Shown: positions 34,418 through 47,520, numbered from the whole stretch's first letter. The stretch is 54,175 bases of DNA, filler included, from Squatina squatina (GCA_031763465.1; 3 parts of 3 records of this genome joined end to end with filler, not necessarily neighbours in it); one strand, 5' to 3'. A program made the numbers and translations. The notes: generated by a model from the letters alone, not told the origin.

Positions 34418-35834
34418 GATGATAGGAAAGCTGGTAGTTTTCCAGGTTCTGAATAAAACATTAACTGCCTTGTAAAACATTTTACAAATTGGAGCACTCT
34501 TCATTGTGTACAAAGAACATAATATTCAGTGAAGGCAATCATAAAACACCGGGGTGAATATTAATAAATAAACTCTTATAAGACTTATTATTTGCCTAAG
34601 AGATTTTTGCTGTGTCATCTACTATGATGTACAAGTGAATTACATTGCTTGAAAATTTGGAGCGCTCTGTGGAAGCTGGGTATGCTATTAACCTCCGACT
34701 TGGATCCTAATGTGACATATCAAGCAATTACCGGACTTCATACAATATTCATTCTCCATTACATGTTTATGTTATCTCGGAGATGAATAATGTACAAGAA
34801 TGTTAACATGGCTTTTAACACCGCCTCAGAGCTTTGCAAGAGGCTCTTTTCCACAATTTGTTTTTTTATCATATCAGTGAAAGAGAAAAAAAACTTTGCA
34901 GTAAATCATTTAAACCAAAGGATGACTCATATTTTCAAAGCTGGAATTGATTTCGGTATTTCAAGTTTCACAAATGCGCTCCTTGGACTGATCACTGGTT
35001 GATTTGCTGTTAGGGTCTGGGTTTGAGCAAAGTTTAATCTCTGCAACTCCTCACCATTAATAAAAGCTGTGGNNNNNNNNNNNNNNNNNNNNNNNNNNNN
35101 NNNNNNNNNNNNNNNNNNNNNNNNNNNNNNNNNNNNNNNNNNNNNNNNNNNNNNNNNNNNNNNNNNNNNNNNGAGAAGAGGGAAAGTGAATGGACTGATC
35201 GGATATCGCTATTTGATAGTGGGTGATGAATGTTTGGAATAGACTGCCCAAGGAGCCAATTAAGGCTGCAAACATCCATAATATTAAAAGGGTATTGGAC
35301 AGGCATTTGACAAGAAAATCAATTGAGTGATATTGGTTAGTGAACTGTGTATTCTTTTTTTTTTAAATTCTGGGGCTGGTCATATTGACGGAAATGGTAT
35401 TTTCTTGTCCTACACAACCCTTTTTTTTATATGTAACTCGACTTCACTTAAAGTCTCTTTCTGTTACGACATTCCCCATTCATCTTATAGAAACCAATTC
35501 TCTTAAATGTACACCAGCAAGCCTAATTTAATTTCAATGCACAGGATTTGCAGTTCATACACATAATGAACGCTTCAACGGTAGATTGATAGTTTTTGTT
35601 CTTGCCTTTGCAAGTGCTGATGTTGGTTGTTTATCTAAATGGCTTTTTACCTTATCATTTCCTTCGCTGGAATAATGCAGAGCAGCATATCTTAATAAGA
35701 ACATTTCTCATGTCGGGGCGTTACAGCCAAGTCTGCACGTAGAATTTTCCAAAGCCCCTAGCTGCCGGAAGAACATTGCATGCATTATGCAGCTTATCAA
35801 GAAATTACAGGTGCAGTGCCAATGAATTCTCCTT

Positions 35835-35987
35835 GGCCTTGCCCCTCTCTATCTCTGTAACCTCCTCCAGTCCTACAACCTGCCGAGAATGTTCCATCCC
35901 GCACATTTTGGCCTCTTGAGCATCCCTGATTGCCTTCCCTCCACCCTTGGTGGCCGTGCCTTCAGCTGGCTCGGCCCCAAGCTCTGG
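35835..35987 (+). mobile_element. L2-clade LINE 3' fragment
   Basis: GLAPLYLCNLLQSYNL...GGRAFSWLGPKLW (L2 GxRAFSxxAPxLWN motif). Confidence 0.8.
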
Positions 35988-36545
35988 NNNNNNNNNNNNN
36001 NNNNNNNNNNNNNNNNNNNNNNNNNNNNNNNNNNNNNNNNNNNNNNNNNNNNNNNNNNNNNNNNNNNNNNNNNNNNNNNNNNNNNNNTAGGAAAATCAGC
36101 CATGTAATCTTTAAGATTGGGGCATATTTTTAAATGCATTTCCATTGTGTTCTCTCTGAATTATTTGGAAATTGTTCTGCTGTAATTGGTTGGCATGTTG
36201 TCTTCATTTAATAACAGAAAGATGCTCCAGCTCCTGTGCCAATTTATTCAGCTGCTGCCAGTTCTGCACCTGCAGGGTTCAAAATAATTGGCACCGAGTG
36301 TCAAATCGTTGCACAAATGGCTGCACTGCAATTCGGTTACTTAGCTTTAGATTTGCTGACACATTTTGTCATTTTGGAAATTGTATCAGTTAACTTAATC
36401 CTGTTCTGCTGCAAATAAAATGCATCAACTGCTTGCCATTGTTAAATTATGCAAAGATACACAGATAATTCCATTGCAAATACAAAGGCGGAGCTTGATA
36501 TGTTGTGTACATTTATTTCTCATCTTTTATAAGAACCTTGGTAGT

Positions 36546-36640
36546 GTTTCTCTGTCTTTCTCTCTCTCTCTTTGTCTCCCTCATTCTTTGTCTCTCTCTT
36601 TGCTTCCCTCTCTGTCACTTTCTCGGTGTTTTTCTCTCTC
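36546..36640. repeat. Imperfect (CT)n microsatellite
   Basis: A pyrimidine-rich tctctgtctttctctctctctc... tract that runs into an N gap. Confidence 0.85.
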
Positions 36641-36740
36641 NNNNNNNNNNNNNNNNNNNNNNNNNNNNNNNNNNNNNNNNNNNNNNNNNNNNNNNNNNNN
36701 NNNNNNNNNNNNNNNNNNNNNNNNNNNNNNNNNNNNNNNN

Positions 36741-36880
36741 CCTGGATGGTGTCGAGCTTCTTGAGCGTTGTTGGAGCTGCACTCATCCAGGCAAGTGGAC
36801 AGTATTCCATCACACTGCTGCCTTATTCTTGTAGATGGTGGAAAGGCTTTGTGGAGTCAGGAGGTGAGATACTCCCCGCA
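36741..36880 (-). mobile_element. Non-LTR retrotransposon ORF2 fragment (CR1/L2-group)
   Basis: MMEYCPLAWMSAAPTTLKKLDTIQ is the typical post-RT segment. Confidence 0.8.
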
Positions 36881-37049
36881 GTTGATTGTACTACAGTCCT
36901 TGGAGAGAATGATAACCCATACATAGGTTCAATGGAAACCTTAGTGCCTCAGAGATTAAGTAGCATATCTGGAACACTCTGAAATAGTCTGAGTGTTGCT
37001 ATACTTGACACGATGTCTACTGTCCAGTGAGTGCTATGGAAAGTCTCAG

Positions 37050-37461
37050 ATACAATTTACAGCCAATGAAGTACTTTTGAAGTGTAGTCACTGTTGTAAT
37101 GTGGGAAACACAGCAGCTAATTTGCTCACAGCAAGCTCCCACAAACAGCAATGTGATAATGACCAGATAATCTGTTTTCGTGATGTGGGTTGAGGGTTAA
37201 ATATTGGCCAGGAAATCGGGGATAAGCCCCCTGCTCTTCTTCAAAATAGTGCCATGGGATCTTTTACATCCACCTGAGAGAGCAGACGGGACCTCGGTTT
37301 AACATCTCAGCCGAAAGACGGCACCTCCGGCAGTGCAGCACTCCTTCAGCACTGCACTTGGAGTGTCAGCCTGGATTATGTGCTCACGTCTGTGGAGTGG
37401 AACTTAAACCCTTAACCTTCTGGCTAAGAGGAGAGTGTGCTACCCACCGGGCTATGGCTGA
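37050..37461 (-). mobile_element. Deu-domain SINE (SacSINE1/AmnSINE-related), near full length
   Basis: The minus strand has a tRNA-like head (tcagccatagcccggtgggtagcac...gggtttaagttccactcc) and the Deu core ggaggtgccgtctttcggctgagatgttaaaccgaggtccc...aaagatcccatggcactat. Tail-only pieces lie at ~17295-17367, 28808-28838, 31670-31710 and 39140-39250; a head-only piece lies at ~17949-18017. Confidence 0.85.
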
Positions 37462-39279
37462 AACTTTTTGGTTGATTGATCTTGTGACAGTACAATGGCC
37501 TGCCCGTTTGGAAAACCGTCGCAGCCACCAATGGCTTCAGTGGGAGTCACACTTCCTGCCAGCAGAATGCTTCTGCGCATACCTGATTTAACATTGAGTC
37601 AAAACTCTTAGTAGCTCATTTTGTTGTTCTGTGACAATAGACACCTTCGGTTTTATATAGCTCAGTATTTAGTCAGAATTACAACACCTCCTTATCATAG
37701 GCATCCATTAAGAAATAAAACAAACATTATACCCATGAGCTATTTAATTAGCTATTGGAACCAACAGAATCTCAGGGCTATAATTTTGTAACTAAAGTAA
37801 ATAACTCACCAGTTTTTATCACAACAACCATTAATATGTCTCACAATTGCAATAAACACACCATAACATACAGTAAGTTACATTCCTATTGGCACTGTCG
37901 CAGCGGCATGCTNNNNNNNNNNNNNNNNNNNNNNNNNNNNNNNNNNNNNNNNNNNNNNNNNNNNNNNNNNNNNNNNNNNNNNNNNNNNNNNNNNNNNNNN
38001 NNNNNNNNNNNNAAACTGGTACCTGTAGCATAACAAGCTTGCTTTTCAACAGAACTGTGAAATATTATTAATCAATACTGCAGCACACTATAAATAGATT
38101 CTGTCGGTCCCACCATATTTTATCTATTCTAACTTCAGACCTATCTATCAAGCTAACACTCATTCTTTCAAAACCAAATTCGTGGTGCACTCCCTTGGGA
38201 ATGTCAATCATTCCCCTCATCGCTATAAACTTAAAAAGGGTGGCTTTATATTCAATCCATTAATCTATATTTCTCATTAGTGTGGATTAAATATCCTAGC
38301 CAGGTCATTGGCTAGGTGCCCAGAGTAAATCCTAATGTCAATAATGCAAACAGGCCTAATCATCATTACAAAGAACTCATTGCCCCGCCTACTGCCCTTT
38401 TAGATCTATCTTTTAGCTTTTTTCAAACGACCACCAGACTTATTTAATGAGATGTCTCTCCCTTTCTCTCTCTCCCGATTCCCAAAGATGCTGCTTTTGG
38501 AACACTTAGATAAAAATCAGGAGTAGGATTTGCACCAGTGGCTTCTGCAGTAAATAGCAGCAATAACGTACAATGAGGCACAAACTCTGTTAACTCCTTA
38601 AAGGCCACACCAGCAACTCTGCACCAAAATACACAGCGCACAGCAAGGTAATAATTTTTGGCTGGTTCCAATCATATGCCACATTCAGCAATGTTCAGTG
38701 CTGGCTGCCTGATAACCCAAATCATTTGAGTCGATGAACTTGGGATTCTAGCCTGCTATTATCTGTTACACTTCATTTGCAGTGTTAACTGGGAGGCTCT
38801 GACTGTAGGCAACACGCTTCCCCACAGGAAAGAAAATCAGAGAGCAAACTCAATCTGTGCTGCTCTTACACAACTCCTGGTGGTTAGTTGAAGAGCAGCC
38901 TGGCAGAGGACTGAGAGTCAGTTAGCTTGCCTTCCTTCACTGTTAGTCAATATTATATAAGGCACAGAAACAAAACTGGGCAGAAGAAAATCATTTACAA
39001 AGCAGGAAGTAAATATTCTATACTTCTACTTCCCCTAGCTTCTAAAATATTAAGATTTTTTTTAGCAGGCTGTGCAAATGTGCAGTTTCTAAATCTGAAA
39101 AAAAAAATGAAGTGTTCAATTGGTCTAATATTTCTATTACACTTTATTACAACAGTGACTACGCTTCAAAAGTATTTCATTGGCTGTAAAGTGCTTTGGG
39201 ACATCCTGAGGTTGTGAAAGGTGCTTTAGAAAGGCAACTCTTTCTTTCTCATTAATTAGTTAATCTTTTGTGCATAAAA

Positions 39280-39379
39280 NNNNNNNNNNNNNNNNNNNNN
39301 NNNNNNNNNNNNNNNNNNNNNNNTTAATTAATTAANNNNNNNNNNNNNNNNNNNNNNNNNNNNNNNNNNNNNNNNNNNN
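39280..39379. other. Artificial scaffold-join spacer (44 N + TTAATTAATTAA + 44 N)
   Basis: Same 100-nt construct as 12338-12437; the 12-mer is at 39324-39335. Confidence 0.95.
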
Positions 39380-39475
39380 AACAATTGAAAAATGTGTTTT
39401 GCATCAATTAAATATTAACTTGGAAAAATGTCGTGAGGCATTGAGTGACCAGCGTCATTTCCCTCCCTTCACCAG

Positions 39476-39557
39476 GTACCCAGGATCCACATTCATGGAC
39501 CACGTCTTGCGTTACCAGGACACGCCTGGAGTAAAGATGATTGTTGTCCTTGGAGAG
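39476..39557 (+). CDS. ACLY: ATP-citrate lyase internal exon
   Basis: 82 nt (1 nt + 27 codons): [27 protein letters not shown], matching recalled human ACLY. Acceptor tttccctcccttcaccag, donor GAG|GTGAGT. Confidence 0.93.
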
Positions 39558-40549
39558 GTGAGTGGCTCTGGATGTCATTGATTTGATCCCTGAGGCGATA
39601 TTCCAGTTCTTCACTGGCTCACCAAACACTAAACCATGGTCAATCTTTTTCTTGCTAGTAAGAGAACTAAATCTTGCTGGTTACTGCTGTGCAATTGCTG
39701 TTGGGCAGTGGCACCTCCCTGCTGGCAGAACTGATGTTTGGGTTATAGGATGTGACGTTCTGAGCTTTTTAAGGAGGATATTTTGCTCTCTGAAGCAATA
39801 ATTTTGTATGTCGTCAAACCTCTACAGTTTAACTTTACACACAAAGCAAAATTATAATAATTTCTGATCCTTCATACGTATTTTGTGTTTTAGTTCAGTT
39901 TTAATTTGTTTTTTGCTGAATATATTTCAACCGAACAGGTTTTGCACACGTGACATATTGAAGTGTGACACTTTCAAGTGTGACAGATGCACTAGAAGCA
40001 GGATTTTTTATGTACCTGAGCTAGCTGGTCACCCATCGCATTTCTTAGGGTTAAGCAGAGATGATATTGTTTAATGACAATAGGACAGTTATGTCATGTA
40101 ATTATATGTAAACTATGTATTCAGATCATTACTATACTGGATGACAGTACATGGATAAGTGAAGTTTGGGGTGACTAGCACTCCAATTGTCCCTCTCTCC
40201 TTATGGTGAAATACCTGACCTCATCGCAGCACCCCTTTGCAACAGCATGGCCTTTTGACAAACACACTCTGCCCAGTTTTTTGAGGCTCCACTACCTTTA
40301 CACAGCTTCACTCGTGGTGAGAAGACATTATAGGATTGGGCCCCCAGGTACATTTTGCAGAAAAGAAATGTGATCACTTTCCAGGTAGCACTGGCACTGA
40401 GCAGCGGCCGCATTAGCAGCTTGAATGTTTCATTGGTGGTTCCTTCAACATATTTTACTAAGTTTCCGAGCCACCCGGCATACGACTAATTCTTTCTTCT
40501 AGCCTTTTGAATACAGCTTGCTAACGCTAGGATATTGTAAAAAATGTCA

Positions 40550-40855
40550 TTGGATACTTTCTTTTAAACTTATCACTACAACTTTAAACTATCGCTACAA
40601 ATCGGTCAATTGTGAACGAGACTGTAAACCACACCGACACATACACGGTGATACATTGCACATATATAAGGAGCTTACAAACAACAGTGTTGGACAGGAA
40701 TGAATGTGGAAAGTGATAACGTAAAATGCGGTTCACTAATACATTGACCGTCATCACCAGTAGATCTGCTGTTGCCATGGCCACCATGTAGACAGAGATA
40801 CATTTGGAAAGGCCGCAATTTCCTCTGGAGAGAATCACGATTGTGAGCAGGTTCG
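40550..40855 (-). pseudogene. GPR139-like class A GPCR pseudogene, exon 2 (TM1 end to TM3)
   Basis: Acceptor ctctttcttacag, then ANLLTIVILSRGNCGLSKCISVYMVAMATADLLV...VCKLL...SVWFTVSFTIDRFVAIV*. TAA follows the DRF motif; a CSDKFKRK remnant follows the stop, then similarity ends with no TM4-7. Confidence 0.88.
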
Positions 40856-41588
40856 CTGTAAGAAAGAGGGACAAGAGGTGAGTAACGGGGACACTCGGAT
40901 AAACCTCACAGCCTATTGTGTGGAAATATTCAGATGTGTCCCTTCTTAGCTTTATACACACAGATTATTATCATTAATATAGCCGAGGGTCGACATTTCA
41001 ATTGAAGGAATGAAATCATTGAATGCTCAATATGGAGTGACTGCAACTCCGCCTTCCTTCCATCATACTTCAGTCAAGTATTAAATATAATTTCACGGCA
41101 GTTAATGGAAAGATATAATTCAAACAACCCATTCAACTGAGACAAAACCGTTCCAGTTATGGCCAAACTTTGCAGACTGGAGTGGAGCAGCTCCCTGAGC
41201 GGCAGTTATTGCTCCAAGTATGTTTCAAAGTCACCTGTTGGGTGGAGGTGGCTCCAGTAAAGGAATTATCAAATGAATATAGATATGGAGCAAATGTACA
41301 AATGAAACGGCCAATGCTTTCTTCACTGATCCATGCACTGTTGAAGGGGCCGGTAAATCAGACTCGCCCTTCCTCAGTATCAGCAGGAATACTGAGCACC
41401 CGGGGCACACGATCCAGCGGCCGGTACAGTGCCTCAATGGCTGCGTGGACTGGTAGGATCCCAGTAATATTCACTGACTGTTCCCGGTGAATAATTGACT
41501 CTGAAATGAGGACATTATCGGACTCTGTTACATTATCATTAACAGTGATACAGTCAACAGCGATGAAGCAACAGAATATATTGTCTTC

Positions 41589-41659
41589 CAGGGAATGCCA
41601 TACGCTGCAAGAACATGGTAGTAAGCGTCTCTTATCTGTACGATCGTTGACCGCAACAG
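41589..41659 (-). pseudogene. GPR139-like pseudogene, exon 1
   Basis: The minus strand reads L(ctg)LRSTIVQIRDAYYHVLAAYGIP, matching the family N-terminus (IxxIYYPxLAxxGxP). CTG is at the expected ATG and the donor reads ccctg|gaagac with no GT. A TATAAA lies ~85 nt upstream (41743-41748). Confidence 0.7.
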
Positions 41660-42099
41660 TTTTGTCTTCAAAATTTGTGTGAATTCTGTGTGGGCTTTAC
41701 AGTTGAGACAAGAATGTACATGAAATCCGTAAATGCTCCCACTTTATAGAAAACTCAGAGCCCCGGTGAGAAAAGCATCTGACACATTAATTGGCGTTAG
41801 TTACAATCACTGAACAAACAATTAGGAATTTTCCCTTCATTGAGCGCGTGACGCAAAAGGGGAAATTGAACAGCTCCCTCCTTAAAACTCCGCCCATTAA
41901 AATCAATCAACGGGAAGTAATCCCAGAGGGAATTCGCTCTGCGTATGACTGGTGCCCCTGAAGGCAACATCTCCCTGGACATTGCGATACGTTCTTGGAG
42001 CCACATATTAATCCAGTGAGATCTTCGCTCATCCATTGCATAATTAAAACTTGATTTGTACTGTGATAATGAATAATGATGAATCGGCTCTGACACTAC

Positions 42100-45000
42100 T
42101 GCTGATGACTCTACGCTAGAATTACTGGGGGTGACTCTACTGTAACACTACTGTTGGCACCGGTACAGTAACATTACTGGTGGTGGCCCTACTCTAATAT
42201 TACTGGTTGTGGTTCTACTCTAACATTATTGGTGGTGGCCCTGCTATAACATTACCAGTGGTGACCCTACATCAACATTAGTTTTGGTTGCAACACTCTA
42301 ACAGCACTGCTTGTGACTCTACACTTATCATTACTGGTGGTGACACTAATCTAACTTTACCTGTGGTGCCTCGAGTCGAACAATACTGGTGGAGATTCTT
42401 CTCTATCATTACTTGTAGTGGCACCATTCTAACATTGCTGGTGGTGACTCTACACTAACATTATCTTGGTTGCCCTATTCTAGCATTACTGCTTGTGACT
42501 CTACCCTAACGTTACTGGTGGTGACTGTACTCTAACATTACTGGTGGTGACACCACTCCAACATTACTGGTGGTGACTCTACCCTAACATTACTGTTGGT
42601 GACTCTACTCTAACATTACTGGTGGTGGTCCTAATCCAACATTACTGGTGGTGAGACTATTCCAACATTACTAGCGGTGACTCTACTCTAACATTTCTGG
42701 TGGTGATTCTACTCGAACATTACTTGTGGTGATTCTACTCTAACATTACTGGTGGTGACTCTACTTTACCATTACTGTTGGTGCTTCTACTCTAACATTA
42801 CTGGTGGTGACTCTACTTTAACATTACTGGTGGTGATTCTACTCTAACATTATTGGTGGTGACTCTAGTCTAACATTACTGGTGGTGACTCTACTACACG
42901 ATTACTGGTGGTGACTCTACTCTAATATTACGAGTGGTGATTCTACTCTGACATTACCGGTGGTGATTCTGCTCTAACATTACTAATGGTGACTCAACTC
43001 TAACATTACTGGTGGTGACTCTGCTCTAACATTACTGGTGGTGACTCCACTCTAAGATTACTGATGGTGACTCTACTCGAACATTACGGGTGGTGACTCT
43101 GCTCGAACACTACTGGTGCTGACTCGACTCTAACATTACGTGCGGTGATTCTACTTTGACATTACTGGTGATTACTCTGCTCTCAGTACTGATGGTGACT
43201 CTGCTCTAACATTACTGGTGGTGACTCTACTCTAACATTGCTAGTGGTGACTCTACTCTAACATTACTGATGGTGATTCTGCTCTAACATTACTGGTGGT
43301 GACTCTACTACAAGATTACTGGTGGTGAATCTACTCTAAAATTACTGGTGGTGATCTACTCTAATATTACTGGTGGTGACTCTACACTAACATTACTGGT
43401 GGTGGCTCTACTCTAACCTTAATGGTGGTGACTCTACTCTAACATTACTGGTGGTGACTCTACTACAAGATTACTGGTGGTGAATCTACTCTAACATTAC
43501 TAGTCGTGACTCTACTCTAATATTACTGGTTGTGATTCTACTCTAACATTACTGGTGTTGACTCTACTTTAACATTACTGGTGGTGACTCTACTCTAACA
43601 TTACTGGTGGTGACTGTACTCCAACATTACTCGTGGTGACTCTAGTCTAAAATTACTGGTGGTGAATCCACTACAAATTTACTGGTGGTGAATCTACTCT
43701 AACATTACTGGTGGTGACTCTACTCTAACATTACTGGTGGTGACTCTACTCTAATATTACTAGTGGTGATTCAACTCTGACATTACTGGTGTTGACTCTG
43801 CTCTAACATTACTGATGGTGACTCTACTCTAACATTATTGGTGGTGACTCTGCTCTAACATTACTGGTGGTGACTCCACTCTAAGATTACTGATGGTGAC
43901 TCGACTCTAACATTACTGGTGGTGACTCCACTCTAAGATTACTGATGGTGACTCTACTCGAACATTACTGGTGGTGACTCTGCTCTAACACTACTGGTGG
44001 TGACTCTACTCTAACATTACTGGCGGTTATTCTACTTTGACATTACTGGTGATTACTCTGCTCTCACAGTACTGATTGTGACTCTGCTCTAACATTACTG
44101 GTGGTGACTCTACTCTAGCATTACTAGTGGTGACTCTACTCTAACATTACTGATGGTGACTCTGCTCTAACATTACTGGTGGTGACTCTACTACAAGATT
44201 ACTGGTGGTGAATCTACTCTAACATTACTGGTGGTTATCTAATCTAATATTACTGGCGGTGACTCTACTCTAACATTACTGGTGGTGGCTCTACTCTAAC
44301 CTTAATGGTGGTGACTCTACTCTAACATTACTGGTGGTGACTCTACTACAAGATTACTGGTGGTGAATCTACTCTAACATTACTAGTCGTGACTCTACTC
44401 TAATATTACTGGTTGTGATTCTACTCTAACATTACTGGTGTTGACTCTACTTTAACATTACTGGTGGTGACTCTACTCTAACATTACTGGTGGTGACTGT
44501 ACTCCAACATTACTCGTGGTGACTCTAGTCTAAAATTACTGGTGGTGAATCCACTACAAATTTACTGGTGGTGAATCTACTCTAACATTACTGGTGGTGA
44601 CTCTACTCTAACATTACTGGTGGTGACTCTACTCTAATATTACTAGTGGTGATTCAACTCTGACATTACTGGTGTTGACTCTGCTCTAACATTACTGATG
44701 GTGACTCTACTCTAACATTATTGGTGGTGACTCTGCTCTAACATTACTGGTGGTGACTCCACTCTAAGATTACTGATGGTGACTCGACTCTAACATTACT
44801 GGTGGTGACTCCACTCTAAGATTACTGATGGTGACTCTACTCGAACATTACTGGTGGTGACTCTGCTCTAACACTACTGGTGGTGACTCTACTCTAACAT
44901 TACTGGCGGTTATTCTACTTTGACATTACTGGTGATTACTCTGCTCTCACAGTACTGATTGTGACTCTGCTCTAACATTACTGGTGGTGACTCTACTCTA

Positions 45001-46540
45001 GCATTACTAGTGGTGACTCTACTCTAACATTACTGATGGTGACTCTGCTCTAACATTACTGGTGGTGACTCTACTACAAGATTACTGGTGGTGAATCTAC
45101 TCTAACACTACTCATGGTGACTCCACTCTAATATTACTGGTGGTGACTCTACTCTAACATTACTGGTGGTGGCTCTACTCTAACGTTAATGGTGGTGACT
45201 CTACTCTAACATTACTGGTGGTGATTTTACTCGAACATTACTTGTGGTGATTCTACTCTAACATTTCTGGTGGTGACTCTACTTTAACATTACTGGTGGT
45301 GATTTTACTCGAACATTACTTGTGGTGATTCTACTCTAACATTACTGGTGGTGACTCTACTTTAACATTACTGTTGGTGCTTCTACTCTAACATTACTGG
45401 TGGTGACTCTACTTTAACATTACTGGTGGTGATTCGACTCTAACATTACTGGTGGTGACTCTAATCTAGCATTACTCTTGGTGATTCTGCTCTAAGATTA
45501 CTGGTGATGACTCTACTTTAACATTACTGGTGGTGGGACTATTCTAACATTACTGGTGCTGACTCTACTCTAACATTACTGGTTGTGATTCTACTCTAAC
45601 ATTACTGGTGTTGACTCTACTTTAACATTACTGGTGGTGATTCTACTCTAACATTACTGGTGGTGACACTGCTCTAACATTACTGCTGGTGTTTCTACTC
45701 TAACATTACTGGTGCTGACTCTACTCCAACATTACTGGCGGTGACACTAGTCTAACATTACTGGTGGTGACTCTACTACAAGATTACTGGTGGTGAATCT
45801 ACTCTAACATTACTGGTGCTGATTCTACTCTAACATTACTGGTGGTGACACTGCTCTAACATTACTGCTGGTGATTCTACTCTAACATTACTGGTGCTGA
45901 CTCTACTCCAACAATACTGGCGGTGACACTAGTCTAACATTACTGGTGGTCACTCTACTACAAGATTACTGGTGGTGAATCTACTCTAACATTACTGGTG
46001 GTGACTCTACTCTAACATTACTGGTGGTGCCTCTACTCTAATATTACTAGTGGTGATTCTACTCTGACATTACTGGTGGTGACTCTGCTCTAACAGTACT
46101 GGTGGTGACTCTGCTCTAACACTACTAATGGTGACACTACTCTAACATTACTGGCGATGATTCTACTCTGACATTACTGGTGATCACTCTGCTCTCACAT
46201 TACTGATGGTGACTCTGCTCTAACATTACTGGTGGTGACTCTACTCTAACATTACTAGTGGTGAATCTACTCTAACATTACTGGTGGTGACTCTACTCTA
46301 ACATTACTGGTGGTGACTCTACTCTGATATTACTCGTTGTGATTCTACTCTAACAGTACTGGTTGTAACTCTAATCTAATGTTAATGGTGTTAACTCTAC
46401 TCTAACGTTACTGTTGGTGACCATACCTTATTATTACTGTTGCTGGCTCGCCTGCAACGTTGCTGCTGGTGACCCTACACTAACATTACTGGTGCTGACT
46501 CCACTCTTGCATTTCGGGTTTTGACTCTACTATAACATTA
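42100..46540. repeat. 26-bp tandem satellite (~170 units), consensus ACATTACTGGTGGTGACTCTACTCTA
   Basis: Period counted directly (actgg at 43681 and 43707). The centre is homogeneous and both edges are degenerate. No ORFs. Confidence 0.97.
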
Positions 46541-47170
46541 GGAATGAAAATAGTATGTTCGCCTTTATTACAAGAGGATTTGAGTACAGGAGCAAAGATC
46601 TCTTACTGCAGTTATCTAGCATCTTGGTGAGACCGCACCTGGAGTATTGTGTACAGTGTTGTTCTCCTTATCGAAGGAAGGATAAAATTGCCATAAAGGG
46701 AGTGCAACAAATGTTCAAAAGACTGTTTTGGGGATGCGCGATTGTCCAATAAGAAGAGATTGAGTAGACTAGGCTTGTATTATCTAGCGTTTAGAAGAAT
46801 GAGAGGTGACCTCATGGAAACATACAACATTCTTACAGTGCTCGACAGGGTAGATGCAGCGAGGATCTTTCCCCTGGCTTGGGGGTCTAGATTCAGGCCA
46901 CACAGTTTTAGAACAAGGGCTGGCCTTTTAGGGCTGAGATGATTTGAAATTTCTTCACTCAGAGGGTGGTGAATCTACCTGAGACGGCTGTATATTCAAG
47001 ACAGAGATCGATGAATTTCTATATGAAAGACATCAAGGGATGTGTGGATAGTTCAGGAAAATGACATTGATGAAGGTGATCAGCCCTGATCTTGTTGAAT
47101 GGCAGAGCAGGCTCGAAGGGCCGAATAGCCGACTCCTGCTCCTATTTCCTACGGTCTTATGTTCTTATGA
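46540..47170 (+). mobile_element. 5'-truncated CR1 LINE including the 3' tail
   Basis: MFAFITRGFEYRSKD...VRPHLEYCVQ, RLSRLGLY...RRMRGDLMETYNIL and cactcagagggtggtgaat, ending in ...atgttcttatg. Confidence 0.93.
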
Positions 47171-47520
47171 GCTGGGACTCATGGACAAGAGGAACTCGGC
47201 GATGGCATTACTGAAAATAGGGGAACATGAGGAATTGGGGAGAATACAGTACGCTGTTTTAATTACAAACAGATAACAGGGGAATTTAGGGGAAACAGCA
47301 ACTGTTTTATTAGAAATAGAGGATTGGGTATTTTTTGGGAAAAAGATCTTCTGTTTAATTTGAAAAATAGAACAGCAGAATGATGGGGAATGCTGCAGCC
47401 GTTTAATTATAAATGGGGATCGAGGTAGATTTTAATCAATTATTTAGAAGTAGTGGACATGGGAAGATATTAACTGTATAATAATAACAGGATTATTCGA
47501 AAATGTCAGGGAAACAAATT

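Noticed and set aside
37390-37461. tRNA gene
   Set aside because: It is the tRNA-derived head of a SINE and is continuous with the Deu core; the same applies at 17949 and 19049.
30282-39279. FMR1 5'UTR CGG repeat or CpG-island promoter
   Set aside because: No CGG tract or exon 1 is visible in this block.
42100-46540. CRISPR array or repetitive (mucin/antifreeze-like) coding region
   Set aside because: There are no spacers. The 26-bp period is not a multiple of 3 and places stops in all frames on both strands.
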